DNA of 64,000 bases from Candidatus Poribacteria bacterium (GCA_965215015.1 OZ244042.1:1696001-1760000); one strand, 5' to 3'. Shown: positions 1 through 10,091, numbered from the stretch's first letter. Notes: generated from the letters alone by a model not told the origin. Translations and numbers: made by a program.

Positions 1-91
1 CAACCTCCTTAAAACTCCAACCTTCAGGCAACTTCGCCCAATCCGCCAATTCTTCGTAGATATAATCTTCAGCACCAAGTCTTGTTGCCAT
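1..91 (-). CDS. 5' part of an NHL-repeat / peptidyl-alpha-hydroxyglycine alpha-amidating lyase-like beta-propeller protein (runs off the window)
   Basis: Manual translation gives MATRLGAEDYIYEELADWAKLPEGWSFKEV, with RBS GGAGG upstream. The W-x-KLPEGW-x-F-x-EV start is typical of this family. Confidence 0.65.
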   Translation of the reverse strand, partial: MATRLGAEDYIYEELADWAKLPEGWSFKEV

Positions 92-136
92 GCTTCGCCT
101 CCCTTACATGTGTGTTGTTTTAACTTTGTACAGGTT

Positions 137-1330
137 TCAGAAATCCTCTAAACCGAACCGATACCCGCGAATCTGCGCCATCGGCGCATCGTCGTTGATG
201 TAATTGACGGCTAAGAACTTTCCCCGTTCGTATTCGACCCATGCGGCGTAACCGCTATCGGCACCGAGGTTATTGGCATCAAGGTCTAGCGGGAGCAGCA
301 AGCCCTTTTGGGTTGCTTTATCTGGATTGAGTGCGCTCTCCAATGGCTCCAGAAATGCAAAGGTGTGGACCGATGAACCGCCTGCGGCGACAATCACTTC
401 ATCGTCTGTTACCAGTTCACTGGGTTCTGGCTGTCTACGGGCGATGAACGCCTCGTTAGCTGGGACTCTTGGGATGACAATGGTTCGTCGGGCCAACCGT
501 CTCTGCCAAGTCTCTGCCGACATGTCAACGCGCCAACAAGAACGCAAGCCAAAACGTCCAGTGATTAACATAAACCCATCTTGCGTGAGTCCCGCGACCG
601 GCATACCGTGAGCGGCTGGGTTTAGGGTGTCGTAGGGACCTTCCCACCGGAGACCGCCATCCTTAGAAATCATCTTTTGTAACGGACGCCCCAAATCCTC
701 CCGTAGGTAGACGACCAATTCCCCATTGGGACAAGGCACGATAGTCGCTTCATCAAGGGCGTAGTTAGGACTATCAAAGATAGTCAACGGTATATCCCAC
801 GTCTGCCCTTCGTCGTGGCTTGTTGTGATATTTTGGATAATCTGCCCGGTTTTCGGACTGCTAACGTTGCTCGGAAGTAGCCACCGGCCATCAGCCATCT
901 CCGTAACTATGTCCGGACAGATCCCTTTGACCGGAGTTGGAATCGGATCTGACCAGCTTTCTCCATCGTCATCGCTGAACCAGAGCACAATGTGGCAGTT
1001 TGCCTCCCCTTCTCCCCACTCCCCCGGTGGAAAAAGATAGGTATCACAGAGCAACAGAATCCGTCCGTCTTTGAGCTGCTGTATTTTGGGGCAGTTCCAC
1101 GTCGTCAAGACGCCGGTCGATTTATCTTCATCGCGGATCACCCGTGGCTCGGACCAAGTGTATCCCGCATCGTCACTGACTCGGACAATTAAGCGACAAA
1201 ACTCGCTCGCGACATGGCCGTTGCTCTCGCGATAGGTCAAGAGGATTCTATCGGTTCGGGAACGGCAGATATAGGGAAAACATTCATAGATGTCATCGTT
1301 CCGTGCAATGGTAAATTTCTCGATTGCCAT
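137..1330 (-). CDS. BNR/Asp-box repeat sialidase-family protein
   Basis: Four Asp boxes (SDDAGYTW, SDDDGESW, SHDEGQTW, SKDGGLRW) and a C-terminal DSGY motif. Start moved to the ATG at 1330. Confidence 0.8.
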   Translation of the reverse strand: MAIEKFTIARNDDIYECFPYICRSRTDRILLTYRESNGHVASEFCRLIVRVSDDAGYTWSEPRVIRDEDKSTGVLTTWNCPKIQQLKDGRILLLCDTYLFPPGEWGEGEANCHIVLWFSDDDGESWSDPIPTPVKGICPDIVTEMADGRWLLPSNVSSPKTGQIIQNITTSHDEGQTWDIPLTIFDSPNYALDEATIVPCPNGELVVYLREDLGRPLQKMISKDGGLRWEGPYDTLNPAAHGMPVAGLTQDGFMLITGRFGLRSCWRVDMSAETWQRRLARRTIVIPRVPANEAFIARRQPEPSELVTDDEVIVAAGGSSVHTFAFLEPLESALNPDKATQKGLLLPLDLDANNLGADSGYAAWVEYERGKFLAVNYINDDAPMAQIRGYRFGLEDF

Positions 1331-1371
1331 GGCTTCCACCCTGTCCAACAAATCATGTGGGACTTACCAAT

Positions 1372-2313
1372 TTACGAAGAAGCGTGCGATTTTATCTTAA
1401 GTATCTCCTGCAACTTTTCATCTCGCTCTGCGATGAGTGCACTCGCCTTTCCCGATGGATAGTCGTAAAAGCCAGAACCGCTTTTCGCACCTAATTTTCC
1501 CGCTGCAACTAAATCCTGAAGTGCTTTCGGAGAATCGGTTGCATTACTCAAGGATTTGGCAAGGTAGCTTCCAACTGTGTTGAAAATATCAAGCCCTCCG
1601 AGATCCGCAATCTCTAACGGACCAAGCAATGCCCAACGCAATCCCAATCCATGCTTCATCACCGCATCAATGTCAGCAGGTGATGCGATTCCTTCCTCAA
1701 CAAGATGTAACGCTTCGCGCACCACGGCAAACTGGATGCGGCTAGCGACAAATCCGGGGACATCTTTCTGCACCAGAATCGGCTGCTTTTGCATCTGTTT
1801 TGCCAAATCGATTAGGACTTCACAGGTCGCATCGGAGGTTGCTTGGCCCTTGATAATTTCTAGTGCAGGAACGATTTGGGGCGGATTGAAGTAGTGCATC
1901 CCTGCAAATCGCTCAGGATGGGAAACCGCTGTGGCAATCTGCGAAATGCTTAATCCAGAAGTGTTTGTTGTAAAGAGCGTCTTTGCGGCGCAGATTTCAT
2001 CCAGTTTCTGAAAGATATCCTGTTTTACTTCCAGTTTTTCAGCAATCGACTCTGAGATGAGGTCAACCTGTGCGAGTTCCGTCAAATCGTGGGTGGCGTA
2101 AATTTTTGCACTTGCGGCATTTGTCTCTATCCCAATGTGGGCAGAAGTCACAGCGATATTAGGGCGGATACGTTCCAAGGCGCGCTGCATCCCCGCCTTA
2201 CTCCTGTTGTACAGAATCACAGTGTAACCAAATTCCGCGAAGATTTCTGCGACACCCGCTCCCATTGTGCCTGCACCGACAATACCAATCTTTTTAATGC
2301 TTTCAATATCCAT
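1372..2313 (-). CDS. 3-hydroxyacyl-CoA dehydrogenase family protein
   Basis: GAGTMG Rossmann motif, ESIAEKLEVK, NTSGLS, HYFNPP, GKLGAKSGSGFY. Confidence 0.9.
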   Translation of the reverse strand: MDIESIKKIGIVGAGTMGAGVAEIFAEFGYTVILYNRSKAGMQRALERIRPNIAVTSAHIGIETNAASAKIYATHDLTELAQVDLISESIAEKLEVKQDIFQKLDEICAAKTLFTTNTSGLSISQIATAVSHPERFAGMHYFNPPQIVPALEIIKGQATSDATCEVLIDLAKQMQKQPILVQKDVPGFVASRIQFAVVREALHLVEEGIASPADIDAVMKHGLGLRWALLGPLEIADLGGLDIFNTVGSYLAKSLSNATDSPKALQDLVAAGKLGAKSGSGFYDYPSGKASALIAERDEKLQEILKIKSHASS

Positions 2314-2316
2314 ACT

Positions 2317-3216
2317 TTATTCCCCCGCTAGCACCGCTTCGATCGCCTGCAATTCCGCAGCTGTCAACCGCCAATCCTGTCCCCCGACGTGCTCGGCGAC
2401 CTGTTCAGGCGTTTTTGCGCCGACGAGGACACAGGTAATCCCCGACAGCCGCAACTGCCAACCAATTGCTAATTGAATGAGCGTAAGATTCCGTTCTTGA
2501 GCGATGGTTTGCAGCTTTTCTGCTATCGCCAAGTTTCTCCGAAATTCTTCCCCTTGAAATCGGGACATCCCTGAGCGTTCATCGTCTGCCGGAAATTGAT
2601 GATCTGGCGTGTACTTGCCGGTTAGTAACCCCTTGGCCAATGGACTGTATGGGAGGATGCCGATGCTACGCGCCTCGCAGTAGGGTAGTATTTCCATCTC
2701 GATTTCACGGTCGAGCAGGCTGTAACGGGGTTGAAGTGAATGAAAAGACGCGGTTTGGGTGGCGAGTTCCATCTGTTCAACGTTGAAGTTGGAGACGCCA
2801 ATATAGCGCGTCTTGCCTTCTTGACGTAACTTTTCCATCATTTCCATACTGTCATCGACCGGATACTGCGGATTCCAGCCGTGGATCTGATAGAGATCTA
2901 CATAATCTGTTTGTAACGCACGTAGGCTATTCTCCATCGCATGGCGGATAGCATCCGGCGAATAGTCCCTGCTGACCTTTGTAGCGAGAAAAACCCGCGC
3001 TCGTCGGCCGCCCTTCAACGCTTTGCCGATGATTGCCTCCGATACACGGTATGATTGTGCGGTGTCGATGAGCGTAATGCCGTGGTCAAGCACCGCGTGC
3101 ACTGTGGCAATTGCTGCCCCTTCATCAACTACGCCCATTGCTCCACCAATGGGCCAAGCCCCGAAACCAATTACGGATACACGGTCTCCATCTTTTCCTA
3201 GTTGTCGTTTTTCCAT
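2317..3216 (-). CDS. Aldo/keto reductase
   Basis: GFGAW, IDTAQSY, LATK, DLYQIH, IGVSNF, PYSPLAKGLLTGKY. Confidence 0.92.
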   Translation of the reverse strand: MEKRQLGKDGDRVSVIGFGAWPIGGAMGVVDEGAAIATVHAVLDHGITLIDTAQSYRVSEAIIGKALKGGRRARVFLATKVSRDYSPDAIRHAMENSLRALQTDYVDLYQIHGWNPQYPVDDSMEMMEKLRQEGKTRYIGVSNFNVEQMELATQTASFHSLQPRYSLLDREIEMEILPYCEARSIGILPYSPLAKGLLTGKYTPDHQFPADDERSGMSRFQGEEFRRNLAIAEKLQTIAQERNLTLIQLAIGWQLRLSGITCVLVGAKTPEQVAEHVGGQDWRLTAAELQAIEAVLAGE

Positions 3217-3398
3217 CTATTTGCCTCCTACAAATGCCTAATCAACAGTCCGCCATCTTTCTCTTTTAGAGCTAAGCCTCAAGTATTTTAGCACACCATC
3301 GGTTTTTATGCGAAAAAAATGGGGCACTAGTGTGCAACTGCTCTGTCAATGGATAGGGGTTTTGGGATCTTTCAGGCTATACTCTATTTTGTCAGTGT

Positions 3399-5510
3399 CA
3401 ATCTCCCCCAAAATCAGTTTAGGGGCGAACCTTACCGACTGTCTGAATCTGGATTAACAGGATTTTAGGATTCCCAGGATTGACTGTCTCCCTTGTCCTT
3501 CACTATCCTGCAAATCCTTCCATCTTAAAGATCCTGATTCTAACAAGTTACAGACTGCTCCTTCCAAAATCATCGCCGCATTCTGTCTGAATCGGGATTG
3601 ATTGGATTTTAGGATTAACCGGATTGACTGTCTCCCTTGTCCTTCACTATCCTGCAAATCCTTCCATCTTGAGCATCCTGATTCTGACAAGTTACAGACT
3701 GCTCCTTCCAAAATCATCGCTGCATTCTGTCTGAATCGGGATTGACTGTCTCCCTTGCCCTTCGCTATCCTGCAAATCCTTTCATCTTGAAGATCCTGAT
3801 TCTGACAAGTTACACAATCTCCTCCAAAATTATCGCCGTATTCTGTCTGAATCGGGATTTACCAGATTTTAGTATTCACCGGATTGACTGTCTCCCTTGC
3901 CCTTCGCTATCCCGAAAATCCTTCCATCTTGAGAATCCTGATTCTAACAAGTTACACATTGCTCCTTCCAAAATCATCGCGACATTTGTCTGAATCTGGA
4001 TTGATTGGATTTTAGGATTCACCGGATTGGCTTTATCCCTTGCCCTGCACTATCCTGAAAATCCTTTCATCTTGAGAATCCTGATTCTAACAAGTTACAC
4101 ATTGCTCCTTCCAAAATCATCGCCGCATTCTATCTGAATCTGGATTGATTGGATTTTAGGATTCACCGGATTGGCTTTATCCCTTGCCCTGCACTATCCT
4201 GAAAATCCTTTCATCTTGAGAATCCTGATTCTGACAAGTTACACATTGCTCCTTCCAAAATCATCGCGACATTTGTCTGAATCGGGATTGATTGGATTTT
4301 AGTATTCACCGGATTGACTTTATCCCTTGCCATTCACTATCCTGCAAATCCTTCCATCTTGAGCATCCTGATTCTGACAAGTTACACAATCTCCTCCAAA
4401 ATTATCGCGACATTTGTCTGAATCGGGATTTACCGGATTTTAGTATTAACCGGATTGACTGTCTCCATTGCCCTTGGCTATCCCGAAAATCCTTCCATCT
4501 TGAGCATCCTGATTCTGACAAGTTACACACTGCTCCTTCCAAAATCATCGCGACATTTGTCTGAATCGGGATTTACCGGATTTTAGTATTAACCGGATTG
4601 ACTGTCTCCATTGCCCTTCACTATCCCGAAAATCCTTCCATCTTGAGCATCCTGATTCTGACAAGTTACACATTGCTCCTTCCAAAATCATCGCGACATT
4701 TGTCTGAATCGGGATTTACCGGATTTTAGTATTAACCGGATTGACTCTCTTGCCATTGCCCTTGGCTATCCTGCAAATCCTTCCATCTTGAGCATCCTGA
4801 TTCTGACAAGTTACACATTGCTCCTTCCAAAATCATCGCGACATTTGTCTGAATCGGGATTTACCGGATTTTAGTATTAACCGGATTGACTCTCTTGCCA
4901 TTGCCCTTGGCTATCCCGAAAATCCTTCCATCTTGAGCATCCTGATTCTGACAAGTTACACACTGCTCCTTCCAAAATCATCGCGACATTTGTCTGAATC
5001 GGGATTTACCGGATTTTAGTATTAACCGGATTGACTGTCTCCATTGCCCTTCACTATCCCGAAAATCCTTCCATCTTGAGCATCCTGATTCTGACAAGTT
5101 ACACATTGCTCCTTCCAAAATCATCGCGACATTTGTCTGAATCGGGATTTACCGGATTTTAGTATTAACCGGATTGACTGTCTCCATTGCCCTTGGCTAT
5201 CCCGAAAATCCTTCCATCTTGAGCATCCTGATTCTGACAAGTTACACATTGCTCCTTCCAAAATCATCGCGACATTTGTCTGAATCGGGATTTACCGGAT
5301 TTTAGTATTAATAGGATTGCCTCTATCCACTGCCCTTGGCTATCCTGACAATCCTTTCATCTTGAGAATCCTGATTCTGACAGTTTACAGCCCCTCCTCC
5401 AAAATCATCGCCGCATTCTGTCTGAATCTGGATTGACTGGATTGATTTTATCAGCTATTAGTGCTGATTATCCTGCGAATCCTTTCCTCCTGAATATCCC
5501 ATTCTAACCA
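3399..5510. repeat. Tandem array 1: 15 copies of a ~106-bp imperfect palindrome separated by ~35-38-bp hsdM-3'-end-like linkers (unit ~143 bp)
   Basis: Palindromes (TGTCTGAATCxGGATT...ATCCTGATTCTGACA) start at 3440, 3584, 3728, 3844, 3987, 4131, 4274, 4415, 4558, 4701, 4846, 4991, 5134, 5277 and 5419 (last one degenerate). Linker is AGTTACACATTGCTCCTTCCAAAATCATCGCGACATT and variants. An extra degenerate linker lies at 3399-3416. Confidence 0.95.
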
Positions 5511-5749
5511 TTGGCCCTGTCATCTCCTCTGCGATCGATTCCGTTCCCATATTTATCTTATCATATCCAATACCAAAAGTCACATCATTCATATCATGAC
5601 ACTGGTGAGGTTTTATCCTCCCGATACTTGAAACCCCGATGGTTTTTTTTGTATTCAGATCTGCGTTGAGGTATAATATTAAATAATTGTGAGGAAGCGT
5701 TTCTTATTACATTTTACGTTTTAGGCATTACGTTTTTGTTGGAGGAACT

Positions 5750-6004
5750 ATGAAAGTTAAGGTTAAATATTTTGCAGTTTTACATGAAGAGTTAGATCGA
5801 GACGAAGAAGATATGGACCTACCAGAGGGAACAACCGTGAGGGCTATCTTGGACCGCCTGGAGGCAGAGTGGCCCGAAATCGCAGAATACTACGATGTGA
5901 TGCAAATGTCTGTGAATTGGGAGTATGCCACGCCGGATAGCGAACTTTCAGATGGCGATGAGGTCGCTCTGATTCCACCGGTGACCGGAGGTCAAGATGT
6001 TTAA
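5750..6004 (+). CDS. moaD: Molybdopterin synthase sulfur carrier subunit
   Basis: VKVKYFA start and DGDEVALIPPVTGG end; adjacent to moaE; RBS GGAGG. Confidence 0.9.
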   Translation: MKVKVKYFAVLHEELDRDEEDMDLPEGTTVRAILDRLEAEWPEIAEYYDVMQMSVNWEYATPDSELSDGDEVALIPPVTGGQDV

Positions 6005-6431
6005 AATTATCAGCGAAGAGATCGAATTAGGAGATGTAATTGGTGCGGTCGAAGCGGGAGATGCAGGGGCGATCGTCCACTTCCTAGGAGTTGTTCGTAA
6101 CAACACGGAAGGCAGAGAGGTCTCCTATCTCGAATATGAAGCCTATCCACCGATGGCAGAAAAGAAGATGGCGGAAATTGCACAGGAGATTCACAAAAAG
6201 TGGGGACTAGACCGCGTTGCCATGATTCATCGCGTAGGACGATTGGAAATCGGTGAGGTCAGTGTTGCAGTCGCTGTCGCCTCTCCGCATCGTAAAGAGG
6301 CGTTTGAGGCATGTCATTATGCGATGAATCGGCTGAAACAAATTGTGCCTATTTGGAAACGAGAGGTCTGGGTGGATGGCGAGGAGGAGTGGGTTAAGCC
6401 TGATCCCGTGTTCTTTAAGGCGGAAGTCTGA
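5997..6431 (+). CDS. moaE: Molybdopterin synthase catalytic subunit
   Basis: GAIVHFLGVVRN, LEYEAY, HRVGRL, SPHRKEAF, LKQIVPIWKRE. Confidence 0.95.
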   Translation: MFKIISEEIELGDVIGAVEAGDAGAIVHFLGVVRNNTEGREVSYLEYEAYPPMAEKKMAEIAQEIHKKWGLDRVAMIHRVGRLEIGEVSVAVAVASPHRKEAFEACHYAMNRLKQIVPIWKREVWVDGEEEWVKPDPVFFKAEV

Positions 6432-6638
6432 ACCTTACGCTTGAAAGTCAAGGCGCAGAAAGGCGGCAAAAAATGGACATGACATCGACGGTTTTCACTG
6501 CTGGCGGTGCGATGATAGTAAGGTAACCGCTTTATCTATCGGCTCCTGTTCTGGCCCCAACCGACCGATATGATACGTATGTGTCTGTTTATAACAAAAT
6601 TGTATCTTCCGTAAAGTTTCGACTTTAATCAAACCTCC

Positions 6639-9600
6639 TTACAATTCTGCCACAACTTCCATTCCCACCCGGTGTTCCGGTTTATTCTGTGCTGTTGAAA
6701 GCAGGCGGTAATTGAATCGTAACAGCAAATCTGTCACCTTCCGGACCTTGTAATCCGCAGTGGTGCGGACTTCGTGACTAATTCCTGCGTAAAAATTATA
6801 TCGCGTAAAAGGAATACCGCCCTCGCTGCTTCCGTGGTTGAGGCGATAGGTGAAGTCGAATCGCCCCTTGCTGATAAAGGAATAAGTGAACCGATTTTCC
6901 AGCGAGAAAGTTCGGGTCCGGGCTTCTGGCATGTCATCAAGATGCTCACGATCGGCAGTAAATTCGTGGATGCCGGCAACGCCGAACTGTAAAACACGGC
7001 TGAGCTCATAGTTGAATTCAAGTGTGTTCACGCGCTCAAACTGCGTCAGATCGGAAATCGCTGCTGACGCGTTTCCCGCCGGATCCAGTTCAGTAAACCG
7101 TTCCTCTTGCTGACGCTGTTCCCATTTTGCCTTGAATGAGAGTTTTGACGTTGGGTTCAGCGTTAAATCCACCTCCCAATCCCGGCTGTGTCGGCGCCGC
7201 TCCCGGCTATTAATCCGCTTGCTGAGGAGACGATTGATATCAAAACTGAGGTCTAGACTCAATAGCGATGAAGGGGAAAAGTCGAGGCGATACCGCTGGT
7301 TAATTCGCCCAAAAATTGTGCGTTCATTTCGCAGGTTGCGTAACAAATAAAGACTTGCTGGATCTGGGGCTTCCTGCTCTTCTGTAATATTGACAACACC
7401 CTGGCCACGAATAGCATTTGCCAACCAAACTAAGTTACTTTGAGTTTCAATCTTCCTAGATCCCACTGTTGTAGCGTTCCTCCGACGCGACGTGAGGCGG
7501 CGGGGTTGAAAACGTAGACTCAACTTCATATCAATTGCAGAAACAGGCTTGTCATCAACGTTTTGGATGAATTTGATATAATCTCCCTCCTCGAAATCTT
7601 CCCGGTAATGCAGATCATCAATTTTGACATAATGTCCTTCACCCGGCTTAATCTCCCGCCCCGTGTACGGATTGATGTTTGTAAAAATTTCACGTCGCTC
7701 CGTTGCCAACTTTTTGTCGAGTTCATAGGTGAATTGCCCGTCCAACGCTCGGTTGAATGGCGTGAGACGCATTTCGATATCCGCCAGCTGTGTCCTTGAA
7801 TCAGATTCTAGCTCTCGCTGTGTTTTGAACACCCGCCGAGAGATATTTGTAGAGACATTTGCCCATTGACGCGGTTGAGAAAAAAGACCTACCGTCCAAG
7901 TCCTCGCCTTCGTCGCCGACCGCCAATCCGAGAAGCCTAAAGCCTTTCCATCAACGATGAGCAGAGGTTCTTTATCAAAAGCACTTTCGATCGCGTATTT
8001 CGTGTTAATTGACACCCATCTAACGTCTACCAGATCGAGCCGCGCTGTCGAAATAGTCCGTTTTCGGTTGAGGTTCACATTATCGTCGAGATCGAGATCA
8101 ATCGCTTCCAACCGTTCGACGGAGGCATTCAGATTGAACAGACGAATGCGCTGCGAGAGTTGGCCGTGCCTGCGGGATTTGCGGAATTGATCCTGTCCCC
8201 TGACTTTCGAGGTACTCCTTCGGTAATCGCCTCTGAAGCGGGGGAGGTATAGGCGTTTCATCAACCCTGCCCGTGGGTTGAAATCGAAGCCGCCGTTGAG
8301 GTTGTTGCGCAGGGTGACATCAGCGAGTGAGGTAGCTGTATCGACACCATTGAGGCTTTGCTGATTTGCTGATTCCTTGAAATGTTCCTCTGTGCGTCCT
8401 AAGCCGTAATCCAATTTTAGCCAATTGACCGGCTTTACCTGTAGGTCAAGATCTATGGACTTCTCATCAGGGGTTTGGGCTGCGCCTGCATCACCCAGTA
8501 GGTATAGGTCGTCGAACTGTTCATCGGTGTATTGCTCCTCATATCGAAACCGGGTGCGGTTTGTACTGGACGCACCGACAGGCACGAAATCGGCATCAAG
8601 GAATCGAAGATTCAGATTCAATAAAAGTTTCTCGGTTGATGAATTGGCAAGGAACTTCCAGGCCCGACTCAGTGTCTTTCGGTCTCGGTCAGAGAAGGTG
8701 TTCTGGTCCAGCGCACCAAAAGCGATCTGTCCCTCCAGTGTTGGGGTGTGTTGTAGGAGTCCTTGACTTTCAGTGAAATCGAGGCGTCCGTTGACGCCCC
8801 ATACGGTGCGTCGCTGTGGTGCGATGAGAAGGTTCCCATCCCCGTCTGCATCTAACTCGTTTCTCTGAAGCTCCTTAAACTCCTGTTCATTTATAATAAT
8901 GAAAGCATTTCGCGGATCATTTAGATCCGATTCAACCGCATAGCCGAAGCCAATTGTAACGCGCTCGCCGGGTAAATTCAACGAACCACTGATGCCTTGC
9001 AGATTTCGCCGATATGCCAAGTCTTCGGGGATAAATTCAAAATCGACGCGGATGATTTCATTGCTTGTGATTAAGTGTTTGCTCGTAAATTCAATAATTG
9101 GATCGCCGTAGTCGCGGATCACATAGTCATTGTTTTCTCCGCGCCGCATCCGTTGACCGTTCAACCAGACAATTTCAGTTCCCGCTTTGACGATGACAAA
9201 CTCACCATCGACATCAATACGATATTCGCTGCGCCCCTCCTCGCCTCGGATTGTCTTGCTCGCAGATCGTCCCTTGGGAATGGCACTTGGTATGAGATGA
9301 AACTTCCCCCACTTGAAATCTCCTGCGACCTGCACACCCTCCAACGCACGATTAAAAAATATATCCGTATTGCCGAGCGATCCCTCAAAATCGCCTAATA
9401 ACCCAGTGACATTCGGGCTTGTGATGCGGATGAGTTTCTGATCGATGTCTTGAATATTTTCGGTCGTGCCTTCGGGTTGGATGGGGAGGTCTTGGTCCGA
9501 GAGCAGTGCCGTGACTTTGATATTCTCCGAGACTTTTCCGTCAACGCTGATTCGCAAGGCACGCTCCTGAGATAGTGCCCTCTTGCTGCCGACGGAGATA

Positions 9601-10091
9601 CCGAATGTCTGACTCCCTGTCACTTGCACCGGAGGCAGTGCTGACTCTGATGGACGCTGTTGGGTTAGATCTGTACGGGGTTCAAGTTCAACCTGACTGG
9701 GCGGTTGCTCCAACGGCTGATCTTGTCGAAAGAGGTCTCGTTTATACCCTTTTTTAATTGCGAAAGGCAAAACCCTATAGCTAATTTGAATAGTAGCATC
9801 AGGAGGATAGTCCTTCAGAAATCGGAGCGTTCCCGCACGATAATCAATAAGATAATCTAAGTTTTTAGTGAGCTGCACCCCGTTAATTGTTATACGTTCA
9901 CTGTCACGGATAGGGGGCCAATGCTTCAGGATAAAAGGATCAGAGAGATCTTTGAATCGAATGGATTCGGTTTTCTCCAAAAGGGAGAGGGGCGGTAATT
10001 GGAATAGGTCGCGCTTGGATTCTGCGGCGTAAGATACGGAAATGAGAATGCCAATGAGTAAGAAATGCGACGTTGCCAGAAGTTTCCCCAT
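6639..10091 (-). CDS. Large secreted, probable outer-membrane beta-barrel protein (1150 aa)
   Basis: Signal peptide; DYxIDYxxG-type repeats; LSDQDLPIQPEGTT motif; alternating amphipathic beta-strand pattern through the C-terminal half. Confidence 0.65.
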   Translation of the reverse strand: MGKLLATSHFLLIGILISVSYAAESKRDLFQLPPLSLLEKTESIRFKDLSDPFILKHWPPIRDSERITINGVQLTKNLDYLIDYRAGTLRFLKDYPPDATIQISYRVLPFAIKKGYKRDLFRQDQPLEQPPSQVELEPRTDLTQQRPSESALPPVQVTGSQTFGISVGSKRALSQERALRISVDGKVSENIKVTALLSDQDLPIQPEGTTENIQDIDQKLIRITSPNVTGLLGDFEGSLGNTDIFFNRALEGVQVAGDFKWGKFHLIPSAIPKGRSASKTIRGEEGRSEYRIDVDGEFVIVKAGTEIVWLNGQRMRRGENNDYVIRDYGDPIIEFTSKHLITSNEIIRVDFEFIPEDLAYRRNLQGISGSLNLPGERVTIGFGYAVESDLNDPRNAFIIINEQEFKELQRNELDADGDGNLLIAPQRRTVWGVNGRLDFTESQGLLQHTPTLEGQIAFGALDQNTFSDRDRKTLSRAWKFLANSSTEKLLLNLNLRFLDADFVPVGASSTNRTRFRYEEQYTDEQFDDLYLLGDAGAAQTPDEKSIDLDLQVKPVNWLKLDYGLGRTEEHFKESANQQSLNGVDTATSLADVTLRNNLNGGFDFNPRAGLMKRLYLPRFRGDYRRSTSKVRGQDQFRKSRRHGQLSQRIRLFNLNASVERLEAIDLDLDDNVNLNRKRTISTARLDLVDVRWVSINTKYAIESAFDKEPLLIVDGKALGFSDWRSATKARTWTVGLFSQPRQWANVSTNISRRVFKTQRELESDSRTQLADIEMRLTPFNRALDGQFTYELDKKLATERREIFTNINPYTGREIKPGEGHYVKIDDLHYREDFEEGDYIKFIQNVDDKPVSAIDMKLSLRFQPRRLTSRRRNATTVGSRKIETQSNLVWLANAIRGQGVVNITEEQEAPDPASLYLLRNLRNERTIFGRINQRYRLDFSPSSLLSLDLSFDINRLLSKRINSRERRRHSRDWEVDLTLNPTSKLSFKAKWEQRQQEERFTELDPAGNASAAISDLTQFERVNTLEFNYELSRVLQFGVAGIHEFTADREHLDDMPEARTRTFSLENRFTYSFISKGRFDFTYRLNHGSSEGGIPFTRYNFYAGISHEVRTTADYKVRKVTDLLLRFNYRLLSTAQNKPEHRVGMEVVAEL

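Noticed and set aside
3454-4564. ORF-track proteins within array 1 (also 57776-58427 in array 2)
   Set aside because: They are translations of the repeat, and their frames are broken by unit-length variation.
3440-5510. CRISPR array
   Set aside because: The ~36-bp segments are near-identical rather than unique spacers, the other part is ~106 bp, and there are no cas genes in the window.
5595-5650. Moco riboswitch upstream of moaD
   Set aside because: Only a CCTCCCG..TTGAAA fragment resembles it. The other stems are not evident, and a TATAAT box lies downstream of it.
5705-5740. TTTTACG/ATTACG short repeats (also ~16150, ~29775, ~40770, ~47335)
   Set aside because: These are short dispersed intergenic repeats with no specific function supportable from the sequence.
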